From: Candidatus Faecalibacterium faecigallinarum
Lineage (GTDB): Bacteria; Bacillota; Clostridia; Oscillospirales; Ruminococcaceae
Direction: 5' to 3'
Assembly: GCA_019119685.1 (NCBI GenBank)
Contig: DWWN01000053.1
Span: 8,079-72,078 of the forward strand
Length of the DNA stretch: 64,000 nt
Shown: in pieces, positions 59,527-64,000 of the stretch
How the letters are laid out: each line of letters begins with the position of its first letter
Position numbering within the stretch: position 1 is the stretch's first letter
Notes under the pieces: model-generated
The model's database searches: none
The model's input: only the letters and a program-made list of their open reading frames with translations
Told to the model about the DNA's origin: nothing
Position numbers and translations under genes: made by a program

Positions 59527-60909
59527 CTAGGACAAAAGTTTGCCGTCGTAGAGATTTTGTCCCTCCACAATGACCTGGTCGTACAGCCGCACCTCGCTGA
59601 CCGAACCGTCGGTGTCCTTGGGCGGGACGATGATGTAGTCGCCGTCGGTGACCAGAGGGTGGTCGCTGTCCACCGGGTCGATGCGGCAGAAGCGGGCCAG
59701 ATTGCCGAACTTGACGTAGACGCCGGGGACGTAGTTCTCCCCTGCTTCGGCGCTTTCGGCCGGCGCGCCGGACGCGCTGCCGGCCTCCGAGGAAGCCTCC
59801 GGCGCTTCCAGCACATAGTGGACCGCGGCCGCGGGGACCCGCAGGCCGGTGGTTTCGCTGACGATCACCTCGGCCTCGGCCTGGCCCAGCCGGAGTACCT
59901 CGCCCGTGACCGAATCGCAGGTGAGGACGAACCGGGCCAGCCCCGACGCCTCGTCGATGGTCACTTCGGTCAGCTCGGCCGGCAAAGCCTCGTCGGTCTG
60001 GCCGGGGAAGCGGATGCGCACCGTGCTGGTGAGGGGGGTGCCGTCGGCCCGCAGCAGTTTCTGGGCCTGTTCCGCCGTGCAGACGCCGCAGTAGCTCCAG
60101 CTGAAGCCCGACACCATCTTGCCGGCGCAGCCGGTGAGGGGGGCGTCCAGCCCGGCCGCAAGGGCGGCCTGCAGTGTGGGCGCATCCATGGCCAGGATGG
60201 TCCCGGCCGGCTGGGTCAGCTGCCGGGTGCTGGCGCTGCGGACAAAATAGCCGGTGAGGGGCGCGGTGATCTGGGCCGGCGTCCCCAGCTGGCTTTGGAG
60301 CTGGGCGGCCTGGGCCTGCAGCCCCGCGATCTGGGAGGCAAAGTCCGACGCCTCCCCCGTGACCACCAGGATCTTGTTCTGGGCCAGCAGGTAGTCCTCC
60401 CGGCCGGTGTCCATGTCGGCCAGGGCGCCGCGGTCGGCGGCGTCCAGCAGGTCGTAGAGGGCGGTGGTCCGCTCCTGGATCATGGTGTCCACCTGGGTGG
60501 AGGAGACGTTCTCGGCCCGCTGCAGCAGCTCGATCTGCTCGTTCAGGCTGGTGAGGGAGGCGCGCAGGGCGCTCTGGCCGCTGTTGGTGTACACTTCGGC
60601 CACCACCGTCCCCGCCGACACGCGGGCGCCGTCCTCCGCCAGATAGCCCATATCCCCGCCGCCGGGGATGACCGTCTCGTTGAAAAGAACTACCCCGTCC
60701 GCCTCCACTTTGTCCTCCACCGTGGCGGTGAGGACCGTTTCGTAGGTGTTGGGCGGGTTGAGCAGGTGGAGGATCTGGTAGCCCACATAACCCAAAATGG
60801 CCAGCAGCACCACCGCCACCACCCCGCCCAGGACGGTCCGCCAGCTGGTGCGGGCGGCGTCTGAGATTTCCTCGGTAGAATGTTCAGGGTCGTGCATATC
60901 CTTTTGCAT
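59527..60909 (-). CDS. HlyD/membrane-fusion-protein-like conserved membrane protein
   Basis: N-terminal TM, EDGARVSAG lipoyl-like half, coiled hairpin, ITAPLTGYF, GLRVP, VRLYDQVIV. Confidence 0.75.
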   Translation of the reverse strand: MQKDMHDPEHSTEEISDAARTSWRTVLGGVVAVVLLAILGYVGYQILHLLNPPNTYETVLTATVEDKVEADGVVLFNETVIPGGGDMGYLAEDGARVSAGTVVAEVYTNSGQSALRASLTSLNEQIELLQRAENVSSTQVDTMIQERTTALYDLLDAADRGALADMDTGREDYLLAQNKILVVTGEASDFASQIAGLQAQAAQLQSQLGTPAQITAPLTGYFVRSASTRQLTQPAGTILAMDAPTLQAALAAGLDAPLTGCAGKMVSGFSWSYCGVCTAEQAQKLLRADGTPLTSTVRIRFPGQTDEALPAELTEVTIDEASGLARFVLTCDSVTGEVLRLGQAEAEVIVSETTGLRVPAAAVHYVLEAPEASSEAGSASGAPAESAEAGENYVPGVYVKFGNLARFCRIDPVDSDHPLVTDGDYIIVPPKDTDGSVSEVRLYDQVIVEGQNLYDGKLLS

Positions 60910-60915
60910 CCGGTA

Positions 60916-61863
60916 TCACCCCTCGTGCAGAAATGTTTCGGCCAGGCGCACGGCCTGTCCGGCAAGGCCGGGGCTGCCGGCCTCCAGCCAGACCACCCCG
61001 TCCATATGGCGGAACCAGGTCAGCTGCCGCTTGGCATACCGCCGGGACGCCTGTTTCAGCTGGCTGGCACAGTGTTCCAAACTGTCCTCCCCCGCAAAAT
61101 AGGGAAAGAACTCCTTATAGCCGATGGCCTGGGCCGCGGTGCGGTAGGTCTGACGGTGGCCGTAGACCATCCGCGCTTCTTCCAGCAGGCCCTGCTCCAG
61201 CATACGGTCCACCCGGGCGTCGATCCGGCGGTACAGGACGTCCCGCCCGGCAAAGTCCAGTCCCAGCACCAGCGCGCGGTAGGGGCGCTCCGGCGGGAGC
61301 GAGGCTGCCTTCTGCTCGCTGAGGCGGCGGCCGGTGGCCCGGTAGTGCTCGAGGGCGCGCAGCACCCGTACATGGTTATTAGGGTGGATGGCCGCGGCGG
61401 CCTCGGGATCAACGGCCTGCAGCTCGCTGTAGAGCGCGGCGGGGCCGCGGGCGGCCAGCTCGGCGGCCAGCTGTTCCCGCAAGCCATCGGGAGCCTTTTC
61501 CTCGGTGAAGCGCACCCCATAGAGGAAACTCTGGACATACAGCCCGGTGCCCCCCACCAGGATGGGCAAATGCCCGCGGGCCGCGATCTCCTCCACCAGG
61601 CGGCCGGCCAGGGCCGTGAAGTCCGCCACGCTGAAAGGTTCCTCGGGCGGGAGGATGTCCACGCAGTGGTGGGGCACCCCCTGTGTCTCCTCGGGGGTGA
61701 CTTTGGCGGTGCCCACGTCCAGGCCCCGGTAGACCTGCATCGAGTCGGCGCTGATGATCTCGCCCCCCAGATGGAGGGCCAGCTCCACCCCGAGGGCCGT
61801 TTTGCCGGTGGCGGTGGGGCCTACCACCGCCAGCACCGGACGCTTGTCATTCGATTCTGCCAA
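60916..61863 (-). CDS. miaA: tRNA (adenosine(37)-N6)-dimethylallyltransferase
   Basis: GPTATGKT, SADSMQVYRGLDVGTAK, VGGTGLY, AIGYKE, YAKRQLTWF. Confidence 0.97.
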   Translation of the reverse strand: MAESNDKRPVLAVVGPTATGKTALGVELALHLGGEIISADSMQVYRGLDVGTAKVTPEETQGVPHHCVDILPPEEPFSVADFTALAGRLVEEIAARGHLPILVGGTGLYVQSFLYGVRFTEEKAPDGLREQLAAELAARGPAALYSELQAVDPEAAAAIHPNNHVRVLRALEHYRATGRRLSEQKAASLPPERPYRALVLGLDFAGRDVLYRRIDARVDRMLEQGLLEEARMVYGHRQTYRTAAQAIGYKEFFPYFAGEDSLEHCASQLKQASRRYAKRQLTWFRHMDGVVWLEAGSPGLAGQAVRLAETFLHEG

Positions 61864-63922
61864 ACTGCTTTTCCAGCTCCTTTCGGGTCAGCTTGAGGAC
61901 GCAGGGGCGGCCGTGGGGACAGAAAGGCGGCACCTCGCCCGCGAGGATCTTTTCGGCCAGGGCCATCAGCTCCTGGGGCGAGGCGTGGTCTCCCGCCTTG
62001 ACCGCCGCCCGGCAGGCGATGGAGTGGAGGACCCACTCGGTCTTTTCGCTCAGCGCGTCGCGGCTGCCGCGGGCGAGCTTGGACGCGATCTCCACCAGCA
62101 TATCCTCCAGATCGTCCTGCTCCACGTCGCAGGGGACGGCCCGGAGCAGCACGGTGCTGCCCCCGAAGTCCCCCACCTCGATGCCGGCGTATTCAAGCAG
62201 GAGGAGATTGTCCATCACAGCCTGCTTTTCCTCCGCCGACAGGGTGATGACCAGCGGCGAGAGCAGCAGCTGGCAGGGGACGTCACCGTAGCTGGCCGCC
62301 AGCTTTTCATAGAGCTGCCGCTCGTGGGCGGCGTGCTTGTCGATCAGGCACAGCTCGTCTCCCCGCTGGGCGATGATGTACGTGCGGAACGCCTCCCCCA
62401 CATATTCCAGTTTGGCGGGGGCGTCCGCGCCGGGCAGGACCGTCTGCTCCGGCTGGACGAATGCTGCATCCTCTGCGGGGGCTTGGGCCTCCGGCTCCGG
62501 GGGCGCTGCCGGCGCGGTCGGGCGCTGCGGCACGGGCGGGGTGTCAGGCAGGGCGGCGGCTTCGGCTTCCTCCGTCAGGGTGATGTCCAGCTGGGACTCC
62601 TGCCCCGCCGGCCGGAAAGAGGGCCGGGGCTTTTCCGCCGGCGTGCTGTGCAGCGCAAGGCTCTCCCGCAGGGGCGCGCCCCAGCCGGCAGGCTTTGCCG
62701 GGCCGGGCTGGGCGGCGGGCTGCGGCGCGCGGGGGTGTTTCTGCAGCACGCCCGGCTCCGACTGGCCCGGAATGACGGCGGAAAGCCCTGTAAAGTTTTC
62801 TTTCTTTACAGTATTTTCTTCTATGATGCCGTCGTTTTTTGAAATGTCGTTTCCCGTGGCCGAATCCACCGCCGCAAAGCTCTCCCGGGCAGGGCGGGCG
62901 GCCTTGTCAAAGACGAAGCTCCGCTCCCCGCTGCCGGGGCTGGCCAGCGCCTGCTTGACTGCGTAGTAGACCGCGTTGAACACGTCGTTTTCCTGGGCAA
63001 AGCGCACTTCGGTCTTGGCGGGGTGGACGTTGACGTCCACCAGCTCGGCGGGCATTTCCAGCATCAGGATGCCGCCGGGGAACTTGCCCTGCATGGTGGT
63101 GCCCTTGAAGGCGGTCTCCATGCCGGCCATCATGGTGCGGTTGCGGACATAGCGGCCATTGATGTAAAAATATTGCATACTGCGGCTGGCCCGGCAGCTC
63201 TTGGGCGGGGTGACGAGCCCCCGCAGGCGGTACAGCCCGCTGGTGCTGTCCACCTCGATCAAATCGCGGCTGAACTCCCGGCCCAGCACCGCATAGGCCG
63301 CGCCCCGCAGATCCCCGTCGCCGGGGGTGACATATTGGAGCTTGCCCTCCCGCACAAAACGGAAACTGATCTCAGGGTGGCTCAGAGCCAGATGGTTGAC
63401 CACCTCGGCCACAAAGGTGCCCTCGCTGGCATCCTTTTTGAGGAACTTCATCCGGGCGGGGGTGTTGAAAAAGAGGTCCCGCACCCGGATGGTGGTGCCC
63501 ACGGCCCGGGCGCCGGGTTCGGCGGGGTACTCCTCCCCGCCCTCGTTGCGGTAGAGGGAGGCAAACTCGCTGGAGCTGGTGCGGGTCAGCAGCTCGACCC
63601 GTGCCACGCTGGCGATGGAGGCCAGCGCCTCGCCCCGGAAGCCCAGCGTGTGGATGGCCGCCAGGTCTACCTCGTCCTCGATCTTGCTGGTGGCGTGGCG
63701 GATAAAGGCGGTGGAAATGTATTCCGGCTCGATGCCGGTGCCGTTGTCGCTGACTTCGATCAGCTTGACGCCGCCCGATTCGATGGAAATGGAGATCTGG
63801 GTCGCGCCGGCATCAATGGAGTTTTCCATCAGCTCTTTCGCGGCGGAGGCCGGACGTTCCACCACTTCCCCCGCGGCGATCAGCTCGGCGGTATGCTTGT
63901 CCAGTACGCGGATCACTGCCAT
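61847..63922 (-). CDS. mutL: DNA mismatch repair endonuclease MutL
   Basis: IAAGEVVERP, ENSIDAGA, GFRGEAL, DVNVHPAK, DKHAAHE, ACR, CPHGRP. Confidence 0.98.
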   Translation of the reverse strand: MAVIRVLDKHTAELIAAGEVVERPASAAKELMENSIDAGATQISISIESGGVKLIEVSDNGTGIEPEYISTAFIRHATSKIEDEVDLAAIHTLGFRGEALASIASVARVELLTRTSSSEFASLYRNEGGEEYPAEPGARAVGTTIRVRDLFFNTPARMKFLKKDASEGTFVAEVVNHLALSHPEISFRFVREGKLQYVTPGDGDLRGAAYAVLGREFSRDLIEVDSTSGLYRLRGLVTPPKSCRASRSMQYFYINGRYVRNRTMMAGMETAFKGTTMQGKFPGGILMLEMPAELVDVNVHPAKTEVRFAQENDVFNAVYYAVKQALASPGSGERSFVFDKAARPARESFAAVDSATGNDISKNDGIIEENTVKKENFTGLSAVIPGQSEPGVLQKHPRAPQPAAQPGPAKPAGWGAPLRESLALHSTPAEKPRPSFRPAGQESQLDITLTEEAEAAALPDTPPVPQRPTAPAAPPEPEAQAPAEDAAFVQPEQTVLPGADAPAKLEYVGEAFRTYIIAQRGDELCLIDKHAAHERQLYEKLAASYGDVPCQLLLSPLVITLSAEEKQAVMDNLLLLEYAGIEVGDFGGSTVLLRAVPCDVEQDDLEDMLVEIASKLARGSRDALSEKTEWVLHSIACRAAVKAGDHASPQELMALAEKILAGEVPPFCPHGRPCVLKLTRKELEKQFGRIE
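62788..62811. promoter_or_regulatory. Intragenic palindrome CTGTAAAG-N8-CTTTACAG (copy 2, in the mutL linker)
   Basis: CTGTAAAGttttctttCTTTACAG in an AT-rich patch; same arms as 15989-16010; function unknown. Confidence 0.6.
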
Positions 63923-63950
63923 ACAGGCACCTTCCTTTCACAAAAAATGG

Positions 63951-64000
63951 TCAGCCGGTGATGCTCCCTTTCAGGGTCTTTTTCAGCTCATACAAAAAGT
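63951..64000 (-). CDS. mutS: Probable 3' end of MutS (partial)
   Basis: Reads FLYELKKTLKGSITG*, like the MutS C-terminus, directly upstream of the mutL RBS. Confidence 0.7.
   Translation of the reverse strand, partial: FLYELKKTLKGSITG

Noticed and set aside
62315-62345. MutL endonuclease motif DKHAAHE instead of DQHA
   Set aside because: All metal ligands plus ACR and CPHGRP are intact; minor substitution

Overview
High-GC Firmicute chromosome segment; gene content and order point to Oscillospiraceae/Ruminococcaceae (Faecalibacterium/Gemmiger/Subdoligranulum-like; inference). It is almost entirely core genome, and nearly all genes from 9.5 kb onward lie on the minus strand. The left end holds the 3' part of a type I-C-like cas3 with no downstream cas genes or array, a lower-GC XRE-HTH/DUF3169 cassette and a stand-alone Spo0A C-terminal domain gene. 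Then follow queA, asd-dapA-dapB-capA-ACT, PTS EIIA, T-box-tyrS, the recN..nusB..spoIIIA cluster, gerA-like/spoIVB, nrdR, secDF, tig-clpP-clpX, thrC, the rplS-lepB-rbgA-rnhB-yraN block, a radical SAM pair, spoIVF-like genes, ppk1, comEA, ileS-lspA-rluA, sepF-ylmH-divIVA, miaA, mutL and the end of mutS. No rRNA, tRNA, CRISPR array or transposase was seen. The strongest unexplained signal is a TGTAAAG-N8-CTTTACA palindrome found twice inside coding sequences (dxs and mutL), each in an AT-rich patch with rare codons. All calls come from reading motifs by eye; no database searches were run.
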